A stretch of 64,000 nt of DNA from Candidatus Acidiferrales bacterium (GCA_963795535.1 CAWCIG010000001.1:209420-273419); one strand, 5' to 3'; shown: positions 53,747 through 61,622, counted from the first letter of the stretch. The notes: a model not told the origin generated them from the sequence alone. Translations and numbers: made by a program.

Positions 53747-54805
53747 ATGAATCTCTTCGAACCATTTCGTCTGCGCGATACCGAACTCCAAAACCGTATC
53801 GTCGTTTCGCCCATGTGTGAATACTCGGCGAAAGACGGCCACCCCACCAGTTGGCACATGGTCCATCTGGGCAGCCGCGCTGTCGGCGGTGCCGCGCTCG
53901 TGTTCACGGAAGCCACCGGCGTCAGCGCCATCGGGCGAATTTCCCCGGTCGACACCGGCATCTATCTCGATTCGCACGTTGACGCGTGGCGCCCCATCGT
54001 TCAATTCATTAACGAGCAGGGCGCGCTCGCCGGCATCCAGTTGGCGCACGCAGGGCGCAAGGCCAGCACTGCCGCGCCGTGGCTAGGTGGCGCGCCAATA
54101 CCTCCAAGCGATGGCGGCTGGACGCCCGTCGCACCGAGCGCTTTGCCCTTCGACACCGGCTACAATTTGCCGAGAGGACTTTCCATTGCGGAGATCGACC
54201 AAGTGGTCGCGGATTTTGCCGCCGGTGCCCGTCGTGCGCTCCAGGCCGGTTTCCAGGTCGTGGAAATTCACTCCGCCCACGGCTACCTCCTGCACGAATT
54301 CCTCTCGCCATTCAGCAATCAGCGCACAGACGACTACGGCGGGAGCTTCGAGAATCGCGTTCGCCTTCTTCTGCGCGTCGTCAGCACCGTGCGCGAAATC
54401 TGGCCGGAGCAGCAACCAGTCTTTGTGCGCATCTCCGCTACAGACTGGAAAGAAGGTGGCTGGGATTTGCCGCAAAGCATCGAACTGGCGCGGCAGTTGC
54501 GGCACGTCGGCGTCGACCTCATCGATGTGTCCAGCGGCGGCGCGATTCCCAACGTTCGCATTCCCTTTGGCCCCGGCTATCAGGTCGGCTTTGCGGAAGC
54601 CATCCGCCGCGAAGCGGGCATTCCCACCGGCGCGGTCGGCATGATCTCCGAACCCACGCAAGCGGAAACCATTCTCCGCAACGGCCAAGCGGATATCGTC
54701 CTTCTAGCCCGAGAACTTCTCCGCGATCCTTACTGGCCCAGGCGCGCCGCGCAAATCCTCGGCGTAAAAATCAAGCCGCCGGTACAATACGAAAGAGCGT
54801 GGTGA
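53747..54805 (+). CDS. NADPH dehydrogenase / Old Yellow Enzyme family (NamA-like)
   Basis: Inside track ORF 53543..54805, with ATG at 53747. LQNRIVVSPMCEYSA, GIQLAHAGRKAS, VEIHSAHGYLLHEFLSP. 352 aa. Confidence 0.88.
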   Translation: MNLFEPFRLRDTELQNRIVVSPMCEYSAKDGHPTSWHMVHLGSRAVGGAALVFTEATGVSAIGRISPVDTGIYLDSHVDAWRPIVQFINEQGALAGIQLAHAGRKASTAAPWLGGAPIPPSDGGWTPVAPSALPFDTGYNLPRGLSIAEIDQVVADFAAGARRALQAGFQVVEIHSAHGYLLHEFLSPFSNQRTDDYGGSFENRVRLLLRVVSTVREIWPEQQPVFVRISATDWKEGGWDLPQSIELARQLRHVGVDLIDVSSGGAIPNVRIPFGPGYQVGFAEAIRREAGIPTGAVGMISEPTQAETILRNGQADIVLLARELLRDPYWPRRAAQILGVKIKPPVQYERAW

Positions 54806-54826
54806 TCGCATGAGCAGGGTGACACG

Positions 54827-55132
54827 TTGAGCTTCGTCGATTTTGCCGTCGACCCCGCGCGCGGCACTGTCACATTTTCTGTGCGCGTGCAACCCCGTGC
54901 TGGCCGCGACGAAATCGCCGGCGTTATCGACGGCGCCATAAAGATTCGCCTCTGCACTCCCGCCGTGGAAAATCGCGCCAATGAAGCGCTCGTCGAATTC
55001 CTCGCCTCCGTTTTGAAAACCTCGAAATCGGCTGTTAGAATCCGGAGCGGTGAACAAAGCCGCACCAAGCGCGTCGAAATCATTGGCGTCACCCGGCAAC
55101 AGATTGAAAACCTGCTTCAGACGGAAGCGTGA
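54827..55132 (+). CDS. DUF167 (YggU) family protein
   Basis: VRVQPRAGRDEIAGVIDGAIKIRLCTPAVENRANEALVEFLASVLK is typical of DUF167. The start is TTG. Confidence 0.8.
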   Translation: MSFVDFAVDPARGTVTFSVRVQPRAGRDEIAGVIDGAIKIRLCTPAVENRANEALVEFLASVLKTSKSAVRIRSGEQSRTKRVEIIGVTRQQIENLLQTEA

Positions 55133-55162
55133 GTTGCGCGCTCTGGGAAGGAACTGCTCTTG

Positions 55163-56341
55163 ATGAAGGCCGCCATCAACGAATTACAAAAAGATCTGCG
55201 CGCCGCAAAAATAGACGGCTGGCTTTTCTACGATTTTCGCGGCCGCGACCCCATCGCCCAGCGCATACTCGATCTTCCCCCCGGCATGCGCACTCGCCGC
55301 TGGTATTATTTTGTTCCCGCCAAGGGCACGCCCAAAAAACTCGTCCACAAAATTGAAGCCGGTTCGCTCTCCGCCGTTCCGGGAGACACGCTCTATTACG
55401 CTGGCCAGAAAGAGCTACGAGACAATCTCAAAAAAGCCCTCGGCAAATCCAAAAAAGTGGCCATGCAGTACTCCCCGAAAAATGCCATTCCCTATGTCGC
55501 CATGGTCGACGCCGGAACCGTCGAACTCGTGCGCAGCCTCGGCCGCAAAGTCGTCACCTCCGCCGATCTCGTGCAGAAATACGAAGCCTGCTGGACCAAC
55601 GCGCAGCTCGAATCCCACGCCGCCGCCGGCCGCGCCATCGATCGCATCGTCTGCGAAGCTTTCGAACACGCCGCCAACGCCGTCAAGCAAAAGCAGCCCC
55701 TCACCGAATACGATCTGCAGCAATTGATGCTGCGCAAATTCGACGAAGCCGGAATCGTCACCGAAGAAGGCCCGGATGTGGCCGTCAATCAAAACGCCAG
55801 CGACCCACATTACGGTCCCAGCAAGGAAAAATCCTCATTCATCCGCGAAGGCGATTTGCTGCTCCTCGACGTTTGGGGCAAGCAGAAATCTCCGGACAGC
55901 GTCTATTATGACGTCACCTGGATGGGCTATCTTGGCTCCGCAGTTCCCGAAAAGTACGCGAAAGTGTTCCGCGTCCTTTGCGAAGCTCGCGATCGCGCCA
56001 TCGAACTGATTCGCTCCAGCGTGAAAGCCGGCAAGCCCCTGCAGGGTTGGCAGGTGGACAAGGCCGCGCGCGGCGTCGTGGAAAAAGCCGGCTACGGAAA
56101 ATATTTCTTCCATCGCACAGGACACAACATTGGCACTTCCGTCCACGGTAACGGCGTCAACATGGACGGGCTGGAAACGCAGGACGAGCGCCACCTGATT
56201 CCTCACACCTGCAATTCCGTCGAGCCGGGAATTTATCTGCCGGAGTTTGGCATGCGCACCGAAGTTGATGTCTATGTGGACGACACGGAAGCGCGAGTCA
56301 CCGGCGCGGTCCAAACGGAAATTTTGCCGCTCCTGGCCTAA
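55163..56341 (+). CDS. M24-family Xaa-Pro aminopeptidase
   Basis: DVWGKQKSPDSVYYDVTW, FFHRTGHNIGTSVHG, EPGIYLPEFGMRTE are pita-bread metal ligand contexts. Confidence 0.85.
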   Translation: MKAAINELQKDLRAAKIDGWLFYDFRGRDPIAQRILDLPPGMRTRRWYYFVPAKGTPKKLVHKIEAGSLSAVPGDTLYYAGQKELRDNLKKALGKSKKVAMQYSPKNAIPYVAMVDAGTVELVRSLGRKVVTSADLVQKYEACWTNAQLESHAAAGRAIDRIVCEAFEHAANAVKQKQPLTEYDLQQLMLRKFDEAGIVTEEGPDVAVNQNASDPHYGPSKEKSSFIREGDLLLLDVWGKQKSPDSVYYDVTWMGYLGSAVPEKYAKVFRVLCEARDRAIELIRSSVKAGKPLQGWQVDKAARGVVEKAGYGKYFFHRTGHNIGTSVHGNGVNMDGLETQDERHLIPHTCNSVEPGIYLPEFGMRTEVDVYVDDTEARVTGAVQTEILPLLA

Positions 56342-56362
56342 AATGAGATCACGCCAAATCGC

Positions 56363-56827
56363 ATGAGCCAGGAACTCAACGAACCAACGCCTCTCGAGCC
56401 GCCTCCCTCCGCTGCGCCCGCGGAGCTTCCGGCGCTTCACCCTCCGCACAAAACTTATTCGGAAGCCAAAGCCTGGGCCATCGCCATTGCCGGCTGGCTC
56501 GTTCCGGGTCTGGGCCACGCTCTGCAGCGTATGTGGGGACGCGCTGTCGTCATCTTTCTCGTGGTTGGCCTGGTCATTCTCGCGGGCGCTTCCATGCGGG
56601 GCAATTTATTTACTTCTGACGGCACCGACGCGTTTGACACTTTGGGCTACGTCGCCGATCTGGGCGCCGGCAGTTTTTATTTTCTGGCGCGCGCCGTCGA
56701 AGTTCAGGGCGCGGACGTTTCTCACGCCGTCGGTGATTACGGCACGCGTTTCCTCGCCACTGCCGGCGTTTTGAATCTTCTGGCCGCCTTGCATGCTTTT
56801 GAAGCGGCCCGAGGCCGCAAGGCATGA
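56363..56827 (+). CDS. hypothetical membrane protein
   Basis: 154 aa with 3-4 TM segments (AWAIAIAGWLVPGLGHAL...VVIFLVVGLVILAG). No family recognised. Confidence 0.6.
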   Translation: MSQELNEPTPLEPPPSAAPAELPALHPPHKTYSEAKAWAIAIAGWLVPGLGHALQRMWGRAVVIFLVVGLVILAGASMRGNLFTSDGTDAFDTLGYVADLGAGSFYFLARAVEVQGADVSHAVGDYGTRFLATAGVLNLLAALHAFEAARGRKA

Positions 56828-57018
56828 TGCCGTGGCGACAACTGACGCCCACGCATTTTCAGGCCTTCTTTTTTTTCGCCGCCGTCATTTCCGTTGCATT
56901 CGGATTCCTCGGTCGCCGCCAGCCCAAAGATCGTATCAAGTACATCCTCTGGTCCTTCCTGCTCTTCCTGCTGATCGGCATCGGTATAGGCTGGGCCATG
57001 TATCCGTTCTCCCACTAA
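56824..57018 (+). CDS. small hypothetical membrane protein
   Basis: 64 aa with two TM helices. ATGA overlap with the upstream gene supports co-translation. Confidence 0.5.
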   Translation: MMPWRQLTPTHFQAFFFFAAVISVAFGFLGRRQPKDRIKYILWSFLLFLLIGIGIGWAMYPFSH

Positions 57019-57024
57019 CTCATG

Positions 57025-57046
57025 GCACAGGCTCTCCTGCCTGTGC
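57025..57046 (+). repeat. REP-like hairpin, second copy of GCACAGGC-N6-GCCTGTGC
   Basis: GCACAGGC tctcct GCCTGTGC differs from 15930-15951 only at two loop positions. Confidence 0.6.
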
Positions 57047-57136
57047 TCTGGTGTGTCGAAGAGCATCGCGAATTGCTGGGGACATCCACTGGACGATTCC
57101 GCTCTCCAATAAATTATGCTCGCGCGCAATAAAAAA

Positions 57137-57164
57137 GGCAGAGCGGGGACAAACCCGCTCTGCC
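57137..57164. terminator. bidirectional rho-independent terminator
   Basis: GGCAGAGCGGG (57137-57147) pairs with CCCGCTCTGCC (57154-57164). An A6 tract lies upstream and AAATTTTGTTT downstream. It sits between convergent + strand genes and the pilin gene. Confidence 0.8.
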
Positions 57165-57194
57165 AAATTTTGTTTCACCCGACAGTACAGCGAT

Positions 57195-57680
57195 TTAGAG
57201 CGCTGTGCTGGCGTTCGTGCAACCCGTGCCCGACAGGTCGTAATACAACACGCCGGACTGGTCAGAGCAATACGCGTTCTGACCGGTGGAGCCCTGAACC
57301 TGAGGCAGAGCCAGCGAGGTGTACGTCACGGCCGGAGTTCCGCCACCGCCTGCCGCCGTAAAAATATAGCCGCTCTTGGTGCCCGTCGCCAGAACGCTAT
57401 CGATCAAGCAAGCGTTCGTCGAAGAGGCATACGTGGAGCCAGCGCAAGAAGCCGCCGCACCACCAAGATTCGTCAAAGCTGCCGCATAACCAACCGCCGG
57501 ATAGTTCGTCGAATAGGTCACCATCGCGGTGTTGATCGTGCGCAGGGAACCGACCGCCGAAGATTGATTAGCCGCCATCTTGGAGCGCATTAAGTTCGGA
57601 ATTGCGATAGCCGCGATGATCAGAATGATCGCCACGACGATCAGCAACTCGATAAGAGAGAAACCCTTCTGCTTTTTCAT
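57195..57680 (-). CDS. type IV pilin (prepilin-type N-terminal cleavage/methylation domain)
   Basis: MKKQKGFSLIELLIVVAIILIIAAIAIPNL has the G/FxxxE prepilin peptidase site. Trimmed from 57776 to ATG 57678-57680 (161 aa). Confidence 0.88.
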   Translation of the reverse strand: MKKQKGFSLIELLIVVAIILIIAAIAIPNLMRSKMAANQSSAVGSLRTINTAMVTYSTNYPAVGYAAALTNLGGAAASCAGSTYASSTNACLIDSVLATGTKSGYIFTAAGGGGTPAVTYTSLALPQVQGSTGQNAYCSDQSGVLYYDLSGTGCTNASTAL

Positions 57681-58243
57681 TGAGAGCTGTCCTTGACCTG
57701 AATTTGAGTCCTGCGCTAGGAGCGCGCACATGCACTGCGTGATAGTGCACGCTAGCGGCCGTCTTAGTACTCTCAAACGAACTCCTTGCAGATTTGTAAT
57801 ATCCCTGAAAACAAATGGCTTATAGCTTCATCAACGTGACGGTAGGGGCGACAGCCTCCCGTTTTGATCCACGGCGATTTTCGTTAGCACTTTGCGTCTG
57901 ATTACGTGACACAAATTGTCAATCTCACGCGTTCTTTACCCCAGATCAGAATTTACCTTGATTTCCTAGCGCCGATGGCCGAAAGAGTATTCAGAGGCAC
58001 CGCTATCCCCCGCCTGACCTGGTAAAACTCTCTCAAGTCCTACGGCTAAACGAAGGCGCGGCGCCCCGTGTCATCGTACACATGCGCAACCTCGCAGTCT
58101 ATGTCGCAAGTGGACCGGAACCACCCTTCCGCGCGCCAGCTTGCTCAAGCCTCAAGATCGTATCGCAGCATCTCAGCGCGCCGAATTGTGCAGTCAGCTG
58201 TAAATTCTTCGTTGAAATTGCGCACACCTTCCTTCGCCCTAAA

Positions 58244-58273
58244 TTGACAGGCATTTTCAGCGGATGCTATCGT
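58244..58273 (+). promoter_or_regulatory. candidate sigma70 promoter of tRNA-Thr
   Basis: TTGACA lies at 58244-58249, followed by an 18-nt spacer and TATCGT at 58268-58273. The tRNA 5' end is 10 nt downstream. Confidence 0.45.
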
Positions 58274-58283
58274 GAACAAGTGG

Positions 58284-58358
58284 GCCGAGGTAGCTCAGTG
58301 GTAGAGCAGCCGATTCGTAATCGGCAGGTCGTGGGTTCAACTCCCACTCTCGGCTCCA
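58284..58358 (+). tRNA. tRNA-Thr (anticodon CGU)
   Basis: Manual cloverleaf. Acceptor GCCGAGG/TCTCGGC, D stem GCTC/GAGC, anticodon stem GCCGA/TCGGC with loop TTCGTAA, T arm GTGGG-TTCAACT-CCCAC, discriminator T, encoded CCA. 75 nt. Confidence 0.9.
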
Positions 58359-58362
58359 ACTT
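58314..58362 (+). repeat. attL-type core: 49-bp direct repeat (tRNA anticodon loop to 3' end + 4 nt)
   Basis: TTCGTAATCGGCAGGTCGTGGGTTCAACTCCCACTCTCGGCTCCAACTT is identical to 61518-61566. Confidence 0.85.
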
Positions 58363-58405
58363 TTCAGCAAGTTACGCATCCTAATTCACCGGGCCTTTCG
58401 TTTCC

Positions 58406-58423
58406 GTTGCACTCTCGTTGCAC
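58406..58423 (+). promoter_or_regulatory. paired heptamers GTTGCAC-N4-GTTGCAC (candidate recombinase arm-type sites)
   Basis: GTTGCAC occurs at 58406-58412 and 58417-58423. The pair starts 44 nt after the att core, between the tRNA and the integrase remnant. Confidence 0.4.
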
Positions 58424-58480
58424 AAATCGAAGGTTTGAGATAAAGAATCGAGCGCGCTTGTCTGCGACTCGCTTACACTC

Positions 58481-58585
58481 TTAACGTAAATGTTCATAGT
58501 TAGTTAGCGCAAGCGTGCTGTGCCGCAAGATTGCCTGAATTGCCTTTCCGTCAACTCCGAGGGTGTGAAGATTCGTTGCAAGGCC
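58481..58585 (-). pseudogene. tyrosine integrase remnant, extreme C-terminus (downstream of IS insertion)
   Basis: Own translation gives G LATNLHTLGVDGKAIQAILRHSTLALTNYEHLR*. LRH...Y is the box II His/Tyr region of tyrosine recombinases. It abuts the IS3 left end. Confidence 0.7.
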
Positions 58586-58636
58586 GGCGCGTGTCAACGA
58601 CTTTGAGACAGGTGGTCATAAAATTTAGTGAGTTTT

Positions 58637-59761
58637 TCATGCATTGGGTTTTTCACAAAGAAATTTCGCGCCAGGATCGCTTAGGAACGACGATCGCAAA
58701 CTCGGTTGACCCACAGTATCCCGACTTTGGTTTTCCTCAGACGCATTTCGCTTTTCCAAAGTAGATTGCTGTTGGCAACTGGCCGGCTTGTTAATCCAGA
58801 CTTCGCTGGGAAGAGCCGGTGGTTTGGGAGTGCTTCGTACGAAGCGCTCCGGGTGACGTTGGTAAGCAACATCGAGCACATCCTGGCGCTGCCGCAAGAC
58901 GTTTTCCGCTTGGCCATAGTGAACCGTCGCTGGCGTCAACAAGCCTATGCCGGAGTGACGGTGCTCTTGGTTGTACCACCGAAAAAAACTCTGAGAGAAA
59001 GCACGACTGTCCTGGAGGCACCCAAAGCGGTCCGGGAACTCCGGCCGATACTTCATGGTTCGGAATTGGCTCTCGGAGTAAGGATTGTCGTCCGAGACGT
59101 GTGGCCGACTATGCGTTTTCGTGACCCCCAGATCGGCGAGTAGAAGAGCTACCGGCTTGGACCTCATCGAGGTGCCACGATCCGCATGGAGCGTGAGTTG
59201 ATCGGGTCGGATGCATTGTTTCTTGCAGCTCTCCTCGATCAATCGCTTGGCCAGCTCGGCGCTTTCGCGATAAGTGACCATCCAACCGGTGACGTAACGG
59301 CTGAAAACATCGAGGATCACGTACAAGTAGAAATACGTCCATTTCGCAGGGCCGAGTAGCTTGGTTATATCCCAGCTCCAAAGTTGATTCGGAGCCGTGG
59401 CCAGGAGCTCAGGCTTCTGGTAGGGCGGATGCGTCAACTGGTCGCGGCGCTCGCGCACCTCGCCATGCTCGTCGAGCAAGCGATACATGGTGCGAATAGA
59501 GCAGTGATACTCGCCTTCATCGAGCAACGTCGCATAAACAGCAGCTGGAGAACGATCCTGGAAACGTTCTTCGTGTAGTCGAGCCAGAACCGCTTCCCGT
59601 TCTGCCGGGCGGAGTGCGCGTGCCGGCGAAGGCCGCGACGCGCTCACCCCCGGAAAAGAAGTCTTACGGACATCTCGATAGTAAGATGCGCGAGGCATAC
59701 ACAGAGCTTGGCAAGCAGCGCTGGTGCCGACGTCGTTCGCTAGCTCGGCGACCGCAACCAT
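58637..59761 (-). CDS. IS3-family transposase OrfB (DDE/rve integrase core)
   Basis: LWSWDITKL, LTLHADRGTSM, SRPHVSDDNPYSESQFRTMKY, YNQEHRHSGIG are the rve-domain D, D, E contexts. It is in the -1 frame relative to orfA. Confidence 0.9.
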   Translation of the reverse strand: MVAVAELANDVGTSAACQALCMPRASYYRDVRKTSFPGVSASRPSPARALRPAEREAVLARLHEERFQDRSPAAVYATLLDEGEYHCSIRTMYRLLDEHGEVRERRDQLTHPPYQKPELLATAPNQLWSWDITKLLGPAKWTYFYLYVILDVFSRYVTGWMVTYRESAELAKRLIEESCKKQCIRPDQLTLHADRGTSMRSKPVALLLADLGVTKTHSRPHVSDDNPYSESQFRTMKYRPEFPDRFGCLQDSRAFSQSFFRWYNQEHRHSGIGLLTPATVHYGQAENVLRQRQDVLDVAYQRHPERFVRSTPKPPALPSEVWINKPASCQQQSTLEKRNASEENQSRDTVGQPSLRSSFLSDPGAKFLCEKPNA

Positions 59762-60318
59762 CAGGATTTCTCCTCCGGGTCCTGCTCCGGAATCGGATGA
59801 CCCAACAGCGCAGCCACTTTTTTTTGGACGTCGATGATGATGTGCGCCTTACGCAGATCTTCGGTCAAGCGGGCGTTTTGTCGGCGAAGTTTCTGGACTT
59901 CTTCTTCCATCGGGTTGCGCTTGGACTTCGGCCCGCGTTTCTGTGGGGTCAGAGCCTCGAGGATTCCCTGGGCCCGCTCTCGTCGCCAGTAGGTCAGCAG
60001 AGACGAATACAGACCTTCGCGGCGGAGAAGGGTGCCAAGGCCACCTCGCGTCGTCGCAACGACTTCGGCTTCATGTAAGATGCGTTGTTTGTACTCAGCT
60101 GTGTAGGTCCGCCGCTTCGGTTTGGCAACTACTTCGGGATCCGGCCGCAAAGCCGGCCCCAAATCGCCGCCCGCTTTGGCTGCCGCTGCACTCCGCTGCG
60201 GCTCGCCAGGAGGCGAGCCTCCGCTCCGTTCCGCGGCAGCCAAACCCCCAGGGGAAAGAGCAACACCAAGAGAATTCCCGATCATCTCTGATCTCTTCTT
60301 TCTCGCCCTTCTGCTCAT
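59761..60318 (-). CDS. IS3-family transposase OrfA (HTH_Tnp_1 + leucine zipper)
   Basis: KPKRRTYTAEYKQRILHEAE... followed by EEEVQKLRRQNARLTEDLRKAHIIIDVQKK. TGATG junction with orfB. Confidence 0.88.
   Translation of the reverse strand: MSRRARKKRSEMIGNSLGVALSPGGLAAAERSGGSPPGEPQRSAAAAKAGGDLGPALRPDPEVVAKPKRRTYTAEYKQRILHEAEVVATTRGGLGTLLRREGLYSSLLTYWRRERAQGILEALTPQKRGPKSKRNPMEEEVQKLRRQNARLTEDLRKAHIIIDVQKKVAALLGHPIPEQDPEEKS
59818..59825 (-). other. candidate programmed -1 ribosomal frameshift site (A8 run, A AAA AAA G)
   Basis: The orfA codons read GTC CAA AAA AAA GTG. I translated the -1 frame from here to the orfB ATG and it is open (..KKSGCAVGSSDSGAGPGGEILM..), so an OrfAB fusion is possible. 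Confidence 0.55.
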
Positions 60319-60364
60319 TAATTAAGAGTACTAAACCTGTCTCAGAGATGTTGGCACGGAGGGG

Positions 60365-60433
60365 GCCACGGCGGAATGCGTGCCAGCCATGCCACAGGGG
60401 AAGGGAAGTATCCCGCTGGAAATTGTGTCCCTC
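60365..60433 (-). pseudogene. tyrosine integrase remnant (upstream of IS insertion)
   Basis: Own translation gives *EGHNFQRDTSLPLWHGWHAFRRG. HxxR is the box II motif. It is preceded by an in-frame TAG (60434-60436), so only 23 codons survive. Confidence 0.65.
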
Positions 60434-60446
60434 CTAGCTGACAATT

Positions 60447-61094
60447 CTAGTAATTTATTTCGTCGCTTCTGAGCCAACCCGTGATTCCACCGGGCGTTCT
60501 AACTTGGACGTTCTCGAATATGGTATCCAATCGGATTATTCGGACGTGCGTACCGCTTTCGACTTTACCGAGCACCTGACCATCAGGGCCATCAGGAGAA
60601 CTCTCGCTGTAAACTACGGCATCTTTTGTGACAGTGCCTTGTATGGTTTTTCGACGGACCGGAGGAAGCCCAGTTGACTGGGGAGCGCTAGACGATCCCT
60701 TTTCGAAAAAGTCTGGCGGTAACGTATCGGGGATAACTCCAGGAGGAGCGAGGACTTCGCCCGGCTTGAGCTCTGCTGCTTCCTCGGGTGTGATATTTGG
60801 ATTGGCTCGACAACGATCAGCGTTGGCTAACCGTTCGAACATACTTTCCATCGCATCTCGAGAACTCACTGCATTCAATCGAGCATTGCAGTCGTCTTGT
60901 TTCTGTTGCTGAATTGCCGCCTCGCGGGCCATGGCCCTGTGCTCTCGCCAATCTGCCACCCATATATATCCATAAACTAAGCCACAGCAGACTGCGGAGA
61001 TTGCCGCTGCCCAAAGGAAGAATTTTCGAAATGGCTTGTTCAATACGACAAGCACCAAAACGACGGAGAGGAAAATCCAAGCACCCAATGTCAT
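60447..61094 (-). CDS. hypothetical membrane-anchored protein with C-terminal SH3b-like domain
   Basis: 215 aa with two N-terminal TM helices (AWIFLSVVLVLVVL, FLWAAAISAVCCGLVYGYIWV). The C-terminal part, GTVTKDAVVYSESSPDGPDGQVLGKVESGTHVRIIRLD...GGITGWLRSDEI, resembles bacterial SH3. Confidence 0.65.
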   Translation of the reverse strand: MTLGAWIFLSVVLVLVVLNKPFRKFFLWAAAISAVCCGLVYGYIWVADWREHRAMAREAAIQQQKQDDCNARLNAVSSRDAMESMFERLANADRCRANPNITPEEAAELKPGEVLAPPGVIPDTLPPDFFEKGSSSAPQSTGLPPVRRKTIQGTVTKDAVVYSESSPDGPDGQVLGKVESGTHVRIIRLDTIFENVQVRTPGGITGWLRSDEINY

Positions 61095-61156
61095 GAGGAA
61101 CTACCTCCTCTGTTGGTCAGAGGCCCGGGAAGTCGCAGTGTGCGTGCATCCCGTTT

Positions 61157-61366
61157 TCAGACTTTCTTTTTCCTCCCAGGCTTCACGCCCGCTAGGACCT
61201 TCCGGGCTCTCTCAATATCGCGGGGCGTCCAAAGCCTGACTCTCACCGTCCCCACTTCCATGACTGGCGGCGGCTTGATCGTTCCCGCTCTAATGTGTCG
61301 TTGAAGGGTGACTAACGTTCGACCTAATTTCTTGGCAGCTTCGCGGGTTGAGAGCCGTTCCTTCAT
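61157..61366 (-). CDS. excisionase/AlpA-type helix-turn-helix DNA-binding protein
   Basis: MKERLSTREAAKKLGRTLVTLQRHIRAGTIKPP...LWTPRDIERA follows the excisionase-family HTH pattern. Trimmed from 61432 to ATG 61364-61366 (69 aa). Confidence 0.65.
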   Translation of the reverse strand: MKERLSTREAAKKLGRTLVTLQRHIRAGTIKPPPVMEVGTVRVRLWTPRDIERARKVLAGVKPGRKKKV

Positions 61367-61411
61367 ACATACACCTATATTACAATTCAGCCGGACGGGC
61401 AAGAGAAGCGC

Positions 61412-61430
61412 GTTGCACTTTGCGTTGCAC
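61412..61430 (+). promoter_or_regulatory. paired heptamers GTTGCAC-N5-GTTGCAC upstream of xis-like gene
   Basis: GTTGCAC occurs at 61412-61418 and 61424-61430. The pair lies 46-64 nt upstream of the xis-like start and ~90 nt from the attR core. Confidence 0.4.
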
Positions 61431-61517
61431 ATTCGACTGGCGAAAGGGAGCGAAAGGTAGTGAAAGAGGGAGAATGACGGCGACTGAAAGCAAAAGGGAT
61501 AGAGGAAAACAGCTCAT

Positions 61518-61566
61518 TTCGTAATCGGCAGGTCGTGGGTTCAACTCCCACTCTCGGCTCCAACTT
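61518..61566 (+). repeat. attR-type core: 3' tRNA-Thr fragment, second copy of the 49-bp repeat
   Basis: Identical to 58314-58362. The upstream sequence (..agctcat) does not continue the tRNA 5' half. Confidence 0.85.
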
Positions 61567-61622
61567 AACCTGTCTCTTACGAATCGGTTGCGACATTTCA
61601 GCTCACTCACTCGTTCGGCTTC

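Larger units (their letters stand above)
58586..60364 (-). mobile_element. IS3-family insertion sequence (orfA/orfB, -1 frameshift architecture)
   Basis: Imperfect terminal inverted repeats: TGTCAACGACTTTGAGACAGG (58592-58612) versus the reverse complement of 60336-60356, TGCCAACATCTCTGAGACAGG (17/21 identical). The outer limits were set by the flanking GCC/GGCC duplication (58582-58585 and 60364-60367), whose removal restores the integrase frame. The 6-8 nt outside the TG...CA cores do not match each other, so the exact ends are uncertain. Confidence 0.85.

Noticed and set aside
57681-58243. Possible ncRNA or sigma54 promoter in the ~560-bp gene-free region upstream of the pilin gene. It includes the inverted repeat TGCACT-N7-AGTGCA at ~57733-57751.
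   Set aside because: No GG-N10-GC (TGGCAC-N5-TTGC) element and no recognisable SRP/6S/RNase P/tmRNA motifs were found by eye. The short palindrome alone is insufficient.
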